This document shows, piece after piece, positions 10,851-20,420 of a stretch of 64,000 nt of DNA; the first letter of the stretch is position 1; each line of letters begins with the position of its first letter. Position numbers and translations under genes: made by a program. The stretch lies in contig OY969585.1 in NCBI GenBank assembly GCA_963701295.1, positions 1,600,001 through 1,664,000 on the forward strand. The letters are read 5' to 3'. Below the pieces are notes generated by a model. It did not search any database. It had not been told where the DNA came from and saw nothing but the letters and a program-made list of their open reading frames with translations. The stretch is from Ignavibacteriota bacterium (GTDB taxonomy: Bacteria; Bacteroidota; Ignavibacteria; UBA10030).

Positions 10851-11861
10851 CTAATTGCCAAGTATCAGCTTCGTCGCAGCTTCTAAAACCTGACGTACTG
10901 AAATTTGGTCCATACAATCGTTTCCTTGGCATTCACCGCCATTACAGCGCGGACAACGTACCGGATCGGGAATAAAGATCGCCTTTTTGTCGGTCAATGG
11001 TCCCCAGCGTTTTGGACTCATTACACGCACAGGTGGATAGAATCCGATCACCGGAGTTCCGACTGCAGCAGCCATGTGCAATGGACCAGTGGAGTTTGCC
11101 ACAAACAATTTCGCTGTCTGGATGAATGCTGCAAACTCTTTCAAGTTCAATGTGCTGATAAAAGGTTCCACACCATTTTCTGCTTCATGTGCAACACGAT
11201 GTACAAGCGCTTCTTCTGTCTTCCCACCCGTAATCACAACCCGATAACCGAGCTTTGTTAATTCAACGGCGAGTTGAGCAAAGCGTTCCGGTTTCCAATC
11301 TCGTGCTGAGTTGCCGCTTCCTGGATGCAACAATACTAAGCGGTCGGTGTCCAAAATTCCTAGCGATTGAAGAATATCAGAAGCTGTTTTTTTCTCCTTT
11401 TGGGAGATAATAATCTTTGCTTTAAGCTTCGATGATACCGTGCGTCCCAAACCTTTCAAGAGTGCGAGATTGTATTCTGCTTCGTGCTTCTCTGCAGTCT
11501 TACGGTGTTCGTAAATTTTTTTGTTGAAAAGGAACGAATACCATCGATAACCAGTTCCAACGCGTACCGGAATTCCCGCAAGCCACAAGAGTAAAGATAT
11601 CCGTAAACGTGGAGATGCTATCAATACTACAGCGAAATGTGCATTTCGAATTTCCCTCAGCATCTCAAAGAACGATTTTGGCTTTCCATCTCTACTATAG
11701 AGAAGAGTATCTGCGATACCCTCAACTAACGCGCTGGTGTAGCTGCTTATTAACATCGTCACACGTGCGTTCGGGAAGTTTGATTTAAGCGCTTCGACCA
11801 TCGGAAGTGTGAGAATTACGTCTCCAATACGGTCTGTCCGAACGACTAAAATGTTTTGCAA
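10851..11861 (-). CDS. Glycosyltransferase family 9 (LPS heptosyltransferase-like)
   Basis: RTDRIGDVILT, HPGS, NSTGPLHMAAA. TTG start. Confidence 0.92.
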   Translation of the reverse strand: MQNILVVRTDRIGDVILTLPMVEALKSNFPNARVTMLISSYTSALVEGIADTLLYSRDGKPKSFFEMLREIRNAHFAVVLIASPRLRISLLLWLAGIPVRVGTGYRWYSFLFNKKIYEHRKTAEKHEAEYNLALLKGLGRTVSSKLKAKIIISQKEKKTASDILQSLGILDTDRLVLLHPGSGNSARDWKPERFAQLAVELTKLGYRVVITGGKTEEALVHRVAHEAENGVEPFISTLNLKEFAAFIQTAKLFVANSTGPLHMAAAVGTPVIGFYPPVRVMSPKRWGPLTDKKAIFIPDPVRCPRCNGGECQGNDCMDQISVRQVLEAATKLILGN

Positions 11862-12105
11862 ACGATATTATTCCACTCCAACTATTGTCAAATCGTGGCT
11901 CAATATACACAGAGGTGGTGGGAGATGCAAGGTAAGCGGAATGAAGAGCTTGAGTCCAAAAAACAACATCTTGGATATCAAAGCCGTATTTCTATCCAAT
12001 CGGCTTTTTCTCGAAGTCTTTGCATTGAAGATTGGTTAGCTCTGCTCCATTTGATGTAATAGAGTAATCTGGATTGGAGAACATTGAAGCATGAATGAGG
12101 AAAGT

Positions 12106-13326
12106 TTATTTATAATAAGGACCAAGTTCCTTGAGTATCTTAGCTAGAAGTTCAGTGGAATCGACAAGGCCGTTGTGACTGTAAACAATCTTTCCGTTGG
12201 GTGCAATGAAAACTGTGTGCGGCAGCGGACCAGGCCAAGAGGGATCAAGAGTTTGTATCAAGGTGTCGATATTAGCGCCTGTGAAGAGGTAGTTGTTGGT
12301 TTTCCGCCCTTCAGTTTTAAGCGAACTCTCCAGGCGATTGGGAAGAGAAACATGCTGTTTCTCAAGAAAACTCTGGACTTTCGGTTGTTCCTTCGGGTCG
12401 TTTAAGCTAATAGTAATAAGCTCGAAGTCACGGTCGCTAAGACGACGGGAAATCGATACCAAACCGGGAAACTCCTTTACACACGGACCACACCATGTTG
12501 CCCAAACATTAAAAAGCCGATATTTTAAAGTTTTGTTGTGAACGAGGTTGTTAACACCGGCTAAGTCGATTGTATCCAAAGTGACGGGTGCGTTTTTCCA
12601 TTCCTCTGTTACCCGGGCAATTTCTTCCTTTTTCGTATTCCACTTGGTGGAGCAGCCCATCGGCTTTGTCATCTCGAGCGGTACAAGACGGCCTGTAAGC
12701 ATCGCTTGGACTGCATTGCGCGTATCAGGGGAAGTGACTGTGGAAGTATTGGCGAAACGCGAATCATCAAATCGACCCGCGTAACGCAAGTGCCGCTGCT
12801 GGTCAAAAAGAAAAACGTGTGGCGTGGCAAGACATCCGTAGGCTTTGGCAGTGATCTGTGTATCGCCGTCGTAGAGATACGGAAAGGTAAATCCTGATTC
12901 CTTGGCATAAAGTTTCATCTCATCATAACTGTCGCTGTATTTACTGTACCCAAGTTCCCAGATAGCAACACCTTCTGGGCTGTTGGGATTAATAGCGACG
13001 ACCTCAAGACCTTTCCCCTTGAATTCGGCGGCCAGAGGGAGCAAGCGTGTCTCAGCTGCATGGGAAAACGGGCAGTGGTTCGATAAGAAAACCACCATCA
13101 AAACAGGTGCGGTCTTAAAATCAGCCAAGCTGTAGGTTTTGCCATCAATCCCGAGCAACGAGAAATCTGGTGCGGAATCGCCAATCTTGAGGTGGCGAAT
13201 ATCAGGCGGCAATCCATTCTCGAAGTAATCTTTCACTTTGCTTTGCTTTGTGTCTTGAGCGGATAGTAGCCCGCAGGTGAATAAAACGACGACACCAAGA
13301 TAAAGCATGGATGAGATGTGTTTCAT
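12106..13326 (-). CDS. Secreted two-domain redoxin (AhpC/TSA-like plus TlpA-like thioredoxin)
   Basis: Signal peptide; APDFSL...SNHCPF in domain 1; NVWATWCGPC in domain 2. Confidence 0.85.
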   Translation of the reverse strand: MKHISSMLYLGVVVLFTCGLLSAQDTKQSKVKDYFENGLPPDIRHLKIGDSAPDFSLLGIDGKTYSLADFKTAPVLMVVFLSNHCPFSHAAETRLLPLAAEFKGKGLEVVAINPNSPEGVAIWELGYSKYSDSYDEMKLYAKESGFTFPYLYDGDTQITAKAYGCLATPHVFLFDQQRHLRYAGRFDDSRFANTSTVTSPDTRNAVQAMLTGRLVPLEMTKPMGCSTKWNTKKEEIARVTEEWKNAPVTLDTIDLAGVNNLVHNKTLKYRLFNVWATWCGPCVKEFPGLVSISRRLSDRDFELITISLNDPKEQPKVQSFLEKQHVSLPNRLESSLKTEGRKTNNYLFTGANIDTLIQTLDPSWPGPLPHTVFIAPNGKIVYSHNGLVDSTELLAKILKELGPYYK

Positions 13327-13695
13327 AGATATAGATCTTTCATGGTTGTATTTTTGACCGATAGTTATTGGAATGAATCGTTCCTTCCTAATTTATTCAG
13401 ATTGGCACAAAACATAACAACGATTGAACTTTTTTTTCTGAAGAACAGACGGTGTCGAACACTTATGTCATAATCTATTGCTAATAATAGCGAACTTAAG
13501 AAATAAACACAAGAAATTGCAAAACGAATATCCCACCATTCTTTGCTCTTCCGTTGACTCCTAAAAAAACCTTTCCGATATTAGCCCCACGAAACTTTAC
13601 AAATGTTGCTCAAAACTTCGTGCTTTGAGAATTGCCCAGCTGTTCACACCGACATGAACGGCGGCAGTATTCATATAAAATATTGAGGAGTTCCT

Positions 13696-15027
13696 ATGAG
13701 GCACACCAAAGTGATCATCATGGGCGCAGCGGGACGGGATTTCCATAATTTCAATACTGTTTTCCGCATGGACGACCGCTATGAAGTCGTCGCGTTTACT
13801 GCAACACAAATTCCAAACATTGAAGAGCGTAAGTATCCTGCTGAACTGGCAGGAAAGTTTTATCCAAATGGCATTCCAATCTTTCCAGAATCGGATCTGC
13901 CGCGCCTTATTAAAGAACTGAGTGCAGATGAGGTTGTTTTCGCGTACTCAGATGTTTCATTTAACTACGTGATGAGCAAAGCAGCACTCGTAATGGCCTG
14001 TGGTGCTGATTTTAAATTGCAGGGTGCGCATCCAACGATGCTCAAGAGCAAAGTACCGGTCATCGCTGTGGTCGCAGTGCGTACGGGATCTGGCAAGAGT
14101 CAGACTTCGCGCAAGGTATGTCAATTACTCCGCGCAGCCGGAAAAAAAGTTGTTGCGATCCGTCATCCAATGCCGTACGGCGATCTGGTAAAGCAAAAAG
14201 TTCAACGGTATTCTTCTCTCGAAGACCTGCAAAAGTATGAATGTACTGTTGAAGAGATGGAAGAATATGAACCTCACATCGTCAACGGAACGATCATCTA
14301 CGCCGGAGTTGATTATGAAGTGATCCTTCACGCGGCAGAGAAGGAAGCCGACGTGATCGTGTGGGACGGCGGAAACAATGATATGTCATTCTATCAACCC
14401 GATCTTACCATCGTGGTAGCAGATCCGCACCGTCCGGGACATGAGATATCGTACTATCCCGGTGCAGTTAACATTCATCTCGCCGATGTTGTTGTTATTA
14501 ATAAAATAGATACAGCCTCGCGCGAAAATATCGACATTGTGCGGAAAAATATCGTCAGCACAAACCCGAAAGCAATCATTATTGAAGCGGCATCGCCCAT
14601 TACAGTAGAAGATGAAACCGTTATCCGCAATAAGCGCGTACTCGTGGTGGAAGATGGGCCCACATTGACCCACGGCGAGATGACGTATGGCGCCGGTATG
14701 GTTGCAGCTCGAAAATATGGTGCAAAGGAAATCATCGATCCGAGACCATGGGTCGTTAATTCTATTGCAGAAACATTCAAGAAATATCCGCATATTGGAA
14801 CATTGTTGCCGGCAATGGGATACGGTGGAAAACAGATCACGGATCTCGAGACGACAATCAATACAGTCGAATGCGACTCAGTCATCATCGGCACACCGAT
14901 CGACCTACGTCGTATTATTAAGATTAACAAACCAAGTACGCGTGTGCGATATGATTTGGATGAAATCGCAAAACCGGACTTGAATGAAATCTTGAACAAT
15001 TTTATGAGAAAACATGGATTGAAATAA
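13696..15027 (+). CDS. arcE: COG2403-type P-loop GTPase; probable arginine synthetase (ArcE-like)
   Basis: GAAGRDFHNFN, P-loop RTGSGKSQT, RHPMPYGDL, DGGNND, EDGPTLTHG, LPAMGY. Clustered with OTC and carbamate kinase. Confidence 0.75.
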   Translation: MRHTKVIIMGAAGRDFHNFNTVFRMDDRYEVVAFTATQIPNIEERKYPAELAGKFYPNGIPIFPESDLPRLIKELSADEVVFAYSDVSFNYVMSKAALVMACGADFKLQGAHPTMLKSKVPVIAVVAVRTGSGKSQTSRKVCQLLRAAGKKVVAIRHPMPYGDLVKQKVQRYSSLEDLQKYECTVEEMEEYEPHIVNGTIIYAGVDYEVILHAAEKEADVIVWDGGNNDMSFYQPDLTIVVADPHRPGHEISYYPGAVNIHLADVVVINKIDTASRENIDIVRKNIVSTNPKAIIIEAASPITVEDETVIRNKRVLVVEDGPTLTHGEMTYGAGMVAARKYGAKEIIDPRPWVVNSIAETFKKYPHIGTLLPAMGYGGKQITDLETTINTVECDSVIIGTPIDLRRIIKINKPSTRVRYDLDEIAKPDLNEILNNFMRKHGLK

Positions 15028-15035
15028 CATTATGT

Positions 15036-15063
15036 GTAGGGATACGCCATGTTGTGTCCCTGC
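15036..15063 (+). repeat. GTAG-type REP-like palindrome
   Basis: GTAGGGATACGCCATGTTGTGTCCCTGC, an imperfect hairpin beginning GTAG, between arcE and OTC. Confidence 0.55.
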
Positions 15064-15079
15064 CAAGGAGAAAAAAACC

Positions 15080-16093
15080 ATGAAACGAGATTTCCTCGGT
15101 ATTGCAAATTGGTCAACGAAGGAATTAACACAAATCCTCGACCTTTCAAAAAAAATGAAAGCAAATCCAAAACAGTTTGCCAAATCTTTAGAAGGTAAAT
15201 CGGTGGCGCTGATTTTTGAAAAGCAGTCGCTCCGCACGCATGTGACATTTGAGATCGGCATGAAACAATTGGGTGCTAACACGGTATATCTTACCAATGC
15301 CGATATCAGTCTGGGCAAACGTGAATCCATCTATGATGTTGCAAAAAATCTCGAACGTTGGGTTGATGCAATTATCATCCGAACGTTTGCCCAGAAGAAT
15401 ATCGACGATCTTGCAAAGTTTACTAAGATTCCCATTATCAATGCTCTGACAGACTTCGAACATCCGTGTCAAGCAGTCGGTGATTTCCTTACCATTCAAG
15501 AACACCTCGGCTCTTTTAAGGGAAAGAAACTCGCATGGGTTGGTGATGGGAATAACGTCTGTCACTCGCTTATGCTCATGGCAGCAAAAGTGGGAATGGA
15601 CTTTATTGCGATTACTCCTGCAGGTTTACAGCCTCATTATACGGTGGTAGAACGTGCTATGGAGATCGCTGCAACCACCGGAGCAAAGATCGAACTCTCG
15701 TGCAATCCATCGGAAGGCGTACATGATGCTGATGTTATTTACACAGACGTATGGGTCAGTATGGGTCAAGAGGCAGCTTTCGATACGAAGATGAAGGCGT
15801 TTGCAGGATTTCAAATTGATGCCGAGTTAATGAAACAGGCAAAACCCACAGCCATCTTTATGCACTGCCTGCCGGCACACCGCGGAGAGGAAGTAACAGA
15901 TGAAGTGATGGACTCATCTCAGTCCGTAGTATTTGATGAAGCAGAAAACCGGCTTCACACACAGAAAGCAATTCTGTATACGCTGTTGAAAGATAAGGGA
16001 CGTGAAAAACTCCATACTCGTCGCAGTCGGCGGAAACTCGCTCATCCGAGCCGGACAGCGCGGAACAATCGCCGAACAGTTCGTAAACGCTAG
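15080..16093 (+). CDS. arcB: Ornithine carbamoyltransferase
   Basis: SLRT, HPCQ, GDGNNV, DVWVSMG, HCLP, EAENR. An AAGGAG RBS precedes the ATG at 15080. The C-terminal tail overlaps the next gene. Confidence 0.93.
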   Translation: MKRDFLGIANWSTKELTQILDLSKKMKANPKQFAKSLEGKSVALIFEKQSLRTHVTFEIGMKQLGANTVYLTNADISLGKRESIYDVAKNLERWVDAIIIRTFAQKNIDDLAKFTKIPIINALTDFEHPCQAVGDFLTIQEHLGSFKGKKLAWVGDGNNVCHSLMLMAAKVGMDFIAITPAGLQPHYTVVERAMEIAATTGAKIELSCNPSEGVHDADVIYTDVWVSMGQEAAFDTKMKAFAGFQIDAELMKQAKPTAIFMHCLPAHRGEEVTDEVMDSSQSVVFDEAENRLHTQKAILYTLLKDKGREKLHTRRSRRKLAHPSRTARNNRRTVRKR

Positions 16094-16940
16094 ACTTACC
16101 GCTAAAAGTCTTGCAGGTATTGTTGCGCAGGGCTATGCGCTGATCATAACACATGGTAATGGTCCGCAGGTTGGTGCACAATTGTTACGTTCGGAGGCTG
16201 GCTCATCGCAGACGTACACACTTCCACTTGATGTATGTGTCGCCATGACGCAAGGTGAAATCGGTTTTATGCTGCAAAATTCCATGCAAACGGTACTCCA
16301 CAAACAAGGGATCAAACGTTCTGTTGTTACCGTTGTCACACAAGTCATTGTAGATAAAAACGACCCTGCATTTCAACGTCCGACAAAACCGATCGGTCCG
16401 TTTTATTCCAAAGAAGTTGCAGAACGAAAGAGAAGGGAATTAAGCTGGAGTATCATTGAAGACGCCGCTCGTGGTTATCGCCGTGTTGTTCCCTCTCCTC
16501 TACCACAAGATATCATTGAACTGGATGTAATAAAGGATTGTCTGGAACATAATAATGTCATCATAGCTGTAGGCGGCGGTGGAATTCCCGTGATACTTGA
16601 AAATGGTGAAGTCAAAGGCGTTGAAGCAGTGATTGATAAAGATCGTGCATCTGCATTGCTCGCCTCAAAATTAGGTATTGAGCATCTCATAATCTCGACA
16701 GAAGTGCCCGAGGTCTATATCAATTATAAGAAATTCGACCAGCAGGCGCTTCGAATCAGCACGGTCGCAGAAGCAAAAAGACATCTTGCTGATAGACAAT
16801 TTAGTGAAGGCAGTATGAAACCAAAGATTGAAGCTGCACTTGATTTTCTTTCGGCTGGCGGGCAACTTGTGACCATTACTGATCCCGGACATCTCCTCGG
16901 TGCGTTGGAAGGCAAAGCGGGAACGAGGATAACGTTATGA
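16002..16940 (+). CDS. arcC: Carbamate kinase
   Basis: VAVGGNSL, THGNGPQVG, PTKPIGP, RRVVPSP, GGGGIP, AVIDKD, GSMKPK. Confidence 0.96.
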   Translation: MKNSILVAVGGNSLIRAGQRGTIAEQFVNARLTAKSLAGIVAQGYALIITHGNGPQVGAQLLRSEAGSSQTYTLPLDVCVAMTQGEIGFMLQNSMQTVLHKQGIKRSVVTVVTQVIVDKNDPAFQRPTKPIGPFYSKEVAERKRRELSWSIIEDAARGYRRVVPSPLPQDIIELDVIKDCLEHNNVIIAVGGGGIPVILENGEVKGVEAVIDKDRASALLASKLGIEHLIISTEVPEVYINYKKFDQQALRISTVAEAKRHLADRQFSEGSMKPKIEAALDFLSAGGQLVTITDPGHLLGALEGKAGTRITL

Positions 16941-17176
16941 ATTTCAAATGGCAGATGACAATATGAATTGCATTTGTTCTACAATAATAGCCCTACCTGC
17001 TGAATTGCTTATGCTCTTTTGAACACTACAAAAATGGAAAGAATTCCACTGGGGATTCAAGATTATCAAAGACAATAAAATCGAAAGACAACACCTTTCT
17101 CTTAGGTTGTCATGCCGGGGAACGAAGCGTATATTTAAGTATTTATTTGTTGTGGAGCATAGAGCTTTAACGATAT

Positions 17177-18458
17177 ATGAAGAAACTGATTCCAGGACAG
17201 AATATCCGCATAAACATTGATCCATTTGCTTCTTTTCGATTCCCCGAATTTCGTTATCTCGTAGCCGCTTCATTTTTATTGACAATGGCATTGATGATTC
17301 AAGAAGTTGCCATTGGCTACGAACTGTACCGCATTACTCACGACCCGATGGCGCTGGGACTCATCGGACTTGTCGAAGCAATACCGTTCATTTCATTTAC
17401 GCTCTATGGCGGCCATGTTGCGGATCGTAGCAGCAAGCGGAAGGTGTTAATGTGGAGTGTCGGTGGAATCGCTCTCAGTTCGGCGATGCTTCAATTTTTT
17501 ACTCGGCAGCAGGATCAGATTCACCAGCCGGTACTGTTGGTTGCTATCTATGGATCAATATTTGTCATTGGATTATGCCGTGCATTTCTATCGCCGACAG
17601 CAACGTCGTTGCGCGGGATTCTTGTTCCACCTGCTTTGTTCGAAAATGCCGCAACATGGGGAAGTTCTTCATGGCAAGTTGGCGCCATTCTTGGTCCAGC
17701 TGCCGCCGGATTTCTCTATGCTTGGATCGGTTTTGCCAACACTTTACTGGTTGTCACACTGCTTGTCGTTTCATCTTTTCTGCTTTATTCTAAAATCAAG
17801 GATCGCCCGATTGCCCAGATTGCTCGGCATGGTAGTGTTATCGCAAGTATTAAGGAAGGCATACGGTTTGTTTTCAACACAAAAATTATTCTCTATTCAA
17901 TTTCGCTCGATCTTTTTTCCATCCTCTTTGGCGGCGTGATGGCGATACTGCCAATCTATGCACAAGATATTTTAAAAGTGGGTGCAGAAGGGCTTGGGAT
18001 ACTGCGCGCTGCCCCGTCTATTGGTGCAACGCTTATGCTCATTTTGCTTTCGCGTTTCTCGCCTATGGAGCATGCCTGGAAGAACTTACTTATTGCAGTT
18101 GCAGGATTTGGTGTGTGTATTTTGACCTTTGCTGTCTCGCCTTGGATGCTGGTCTCGATAGCAGCTTTGTTCCTGAGCGGTGCATTCGATAGCATTAGTG
18201 TGGTTATCCGAGCGACCATTCTCCAAGTGATGACTCCCAATGAAATGCGTGCACGTGTGATGGCCGTGAATGGAATCTTCCTCGCCTCGTCAAATGAAGT
18301 TGGTGCATTTGAATCCGGTACAGCAGCAAAACTATTCGGGACAGTACTATCAGTTACTTTTTGGCGGCACAATGACACTGCTCATCGTCAGCTGGGTATA
18401 TTTTAGAACCGGCGATCTGTTGAAGGCAAAAGTAAGAGGTCATGCCACTTCCAAGTAA
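17177..18458 (+). CDS. MFS transporter (MFS_3/EntS-like); +1 frameshift in the T-run at 18358-18362
   Basis: GGHVADR, SLDLFSILFGG, SNEVGAFESG. The last TM helix (FGGTMTLLIV) lies in the shifted frame. Confidence 0.85.
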
Positions 18459-18623
18459 AGATTTAAATCAATGAATCTGCGCCATTCCGTAATTGATTAT
18501 TTCAACATCCGGTGTAAGGATGTTCACCACTTATTGGAATGACGTTGAGTGTGGAATATAGATTGTTCAGCGTAATTGGTAAGAAATCAGTGATTTATTT
18601 AGGGTAGTAATTTATATTTCCTT

Positions 18624-18638
18624 TGGCACAAATATTGG
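18624..18638 (+). promoter_or_regulatory. Possible sigma54 promoter for the first GcvH-like gene
   Basis: TGGCAC-AAATA-TTGG has correct spacing, but the -12 element is GG rather than GC. Confidence 0.45.
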
Positions 18639-18737
18639 GACATGATTATGGGAAAGTTCAAGAGAAAGTATTCTACGAGCATATATGCAAAAGTGCAAGT
18701 TGAGAAATCTAAATTTATTTTTTGAGGAGAAACAATC

Positions 18738-19406
18738 ATGGTAGCATTATTCGTTGTCGCCACAATCCTTCTCTGTGTTGGAATTGAACTCCTCCGAGAT
18801 CGAACCAAGCAGCGGAAAGAAGCACCATCAACTGCTCAAATAGCGGCAGATCAATTTTTTTTGCCGAAAGGATTCTTCATCAGCAAAGCCCACACATGGG
18901 TCGAGCTTACGTTTGCCGGTGAAGCACGTGTTGGTGTTGATGACTTTGCGCAAAAAGTCATCGGATCAATTGACAGAATCGAAGTTGCACCACTCAACAA
19001 GGAACTGAATAAGGGAGACACACTTTTCACTGTGGCGCAGGGCAATCGTGTGCTCTCTATTCCTGCTCCGATATCCGGAAAAATATTGGCGGTGAACGAA
19101 TCACTGCTTGCTTCCCCCAAAATGTTTCATCAAGACCCATATGTAGCTGGATGGGTTGCAGTAATCGTTCCCAAAAATATTTCAGCGGAATTGCATTTAC
19201 TCGCCATCGCCGATGATGCGGCAAAATGGTTGAAAAAAGAAGTCAACCGCTTCCGCGATTTCGTAAAAGAGCAGGCGCAAATCGGTGTGCCGGTACCCGC
19301 AGGCGCTACCATGCTGGATGGAGGCGCACCATTGAATGGAGTGCTGGGGCAGTTTAATGAAAACACATGGAATGCTTTTCAGAAAGAATTTTTGAAGACA
19401 GAATAA
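18738..19406 (+). CDS. GcvH-like protein with an N-terminal membrane anchor, lacking the lipoyl-lysine motif
   Basis: HTWV...VGVDDFAQKVIG...APISGKILAVN...DPYVAGW. No ESVK motif. Confidence 0.85.
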   Translation: MVALFVVATILLCVGIELLRDRTKQRKEAPSTAQIAADQFFLPKGFFISKAHTWVELTFAGEARVGVDDFAQKVIGSIDRIEVAPLNKELNKGDTLFTVAQGNRVLSIPAPISGKILAVNESLLASPKMFHQDPYVAGWVAVIVPKNISAELHLLAIADDAAKWLKKEVNRFRDFVKEQAQIGVPVPAGATMLDGGAPLNGVLGQFNENTWNAFQKEFLKTE

Positions 19407-19440
19407 ATACTAATGCGCGCACTATCGAATCTTTTTACAG

Positions 19441-20262
19441 GTGAAAAATATGGAAAAGAAATCAACTCAGAGTATTATTCCTCAAGGCGAATTGCGATGT
19501 GTCTGGATGGATGCAGGGGTAACAGGATTTAAACTCTGTGATCAAAAATTCCATTGTGAGTTTTGTGAATTTAATAACACCATCCAGAAACGGCAATTAG
19601 GAACTGTAAATTCTCGTAATGAGGAAGAATCGGTGATCCTCATGGAAGGGAAAGCAATGACCACCGATACAATCTTTAGAAACACATTGAAGAATTATCT
19701 TGAAGGTTTACATGCGGTTGTGGTACCGCAGGATAGAATGTATAATCGCAGCCACTATTGGGTTCGGGAAAACGAGACAGGCAAGTATCGAATCGGAATC
19801 AATCACATCCTTGCAAATTTCTTTCAACCGATACTCAGCATTGTAATCTCAAAAGCTCCATTAATCATACGACGACATGATCCATTCTGTTGGATTATCT
19901 TACCAGGGGGTGCCATTACACTTCGCTCTCCCGTCGATGCAACTATTTGTAAGTTTAATCCGGCTTTGCAGCAAAAACCGAATTTGCTGGGTATGTCGCC
20001 GTTTGACGAAGGTTGGATTATGGAGATTACCACAAAGACAAAAGGACTCCATGGTTTTAGTTCTGCCCAAGATTCGCGGCAAAATACCGAACGAACAATA
20101 CGAAGCATTGAACATTCATTTGCACACGCTTTCCGACATGATCATCCTTCAGCAGGTACAACATTATTTGACGGCGGTATTGGTGTAAACAGCATCGAAA
20201 GCATCCTCGGACCTAAGGTTTACACAGAGGTTGTGAATCGAATAGTGCATTTCCCTCATTAA
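19441..20262 (+). CDS. GcvH-like protein with an N-terminal 4-Cys motif
   Basis: CVWMDAG...KLCDQKFHCEFC; HYWV...IGINH...SPVDA...PFDEGW. No lipoyl motif. Confidence 0.8.
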   Translation: MKNMEKKSTQSIIPQGELRCVWMDAGVTGFKLCDQKFHCEFCEFNNTIQKRQLGTVNSRNEEESVILMEGKAMTTDTIFRNTLKNYLEGLHAVVVPQDRMYNRSHYWVRENETGKYRIGINHILANFFQPILSIVISKAPLIIRRHDPFCWIILPGGAITLRSPVDATICKFNPALQQKPNLLGMSPFDEGWIMEITTKTKGLHGFSSAQDSRQNTERTIRSIEHSFAHAFRHDHPSAGTTLFDGGIGVNSIESILGPKVYTEVVNRIVHFPH

Positions 20263-20283
20263 CTTCAAATAATCTCTATTTCT

Positions 20284-20321
20284 AGCCTTTCCTATTACTT
20301 TTTTGGGAGAGGCTTTCTTTT
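20284..20321 (+). terminator. Intrinsic terminator after the second GcvH-like gene
   Basis: AGCCTTTCC...GGAGAGGCT stem followed by a T-rich run. Confidence 0.55.
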
Positions 20322-20381
20322 TATTGAGACTTTAAGCCATTTTCACCACAGATTGTTGAGTTTATCAACTCTATTTGTTAT

Positions 20382-20396
20382 TGGCACAAATCTAGC
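20382..20396 (+). promoter_or_regulatory. sigma54 -24/-12 promoter upstream of the sensor kinase
   Basis: TGGCAC-AAATC-TAGC with exact GG-N10-GC spacing. A sigma54 activator is encoded in the same operon. Confidence 0.6.
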
Positions 20397-20420
20397 CAAA
20401 AAACTGTATATTAATTCAAC

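Noticed and set aside
11864-12105. Possible decayed glycosyltransferase fragment upstream of GT9
   Set aside because: Only a vague resemblance spread over several frames; not supportable.
15080-16093. N-acetyl- or N-succinyl-ornithine transcarbamylase because of SLRT
   Set aside because: The DxxxSMG ornithine-binding loop is intact, as in ordinary OTC.
18358-18362. Phase-variable homopolymer in the MFS gene
   Set aside because: The run is only 5 T and fits the window-wide +1 error pattern.
18738-20262. Functional glycine cleavage H proteins
   Set aside because: No lipoyl-lysine motif, extra N-terminal domains, and no gcvT/gcvP nearby.
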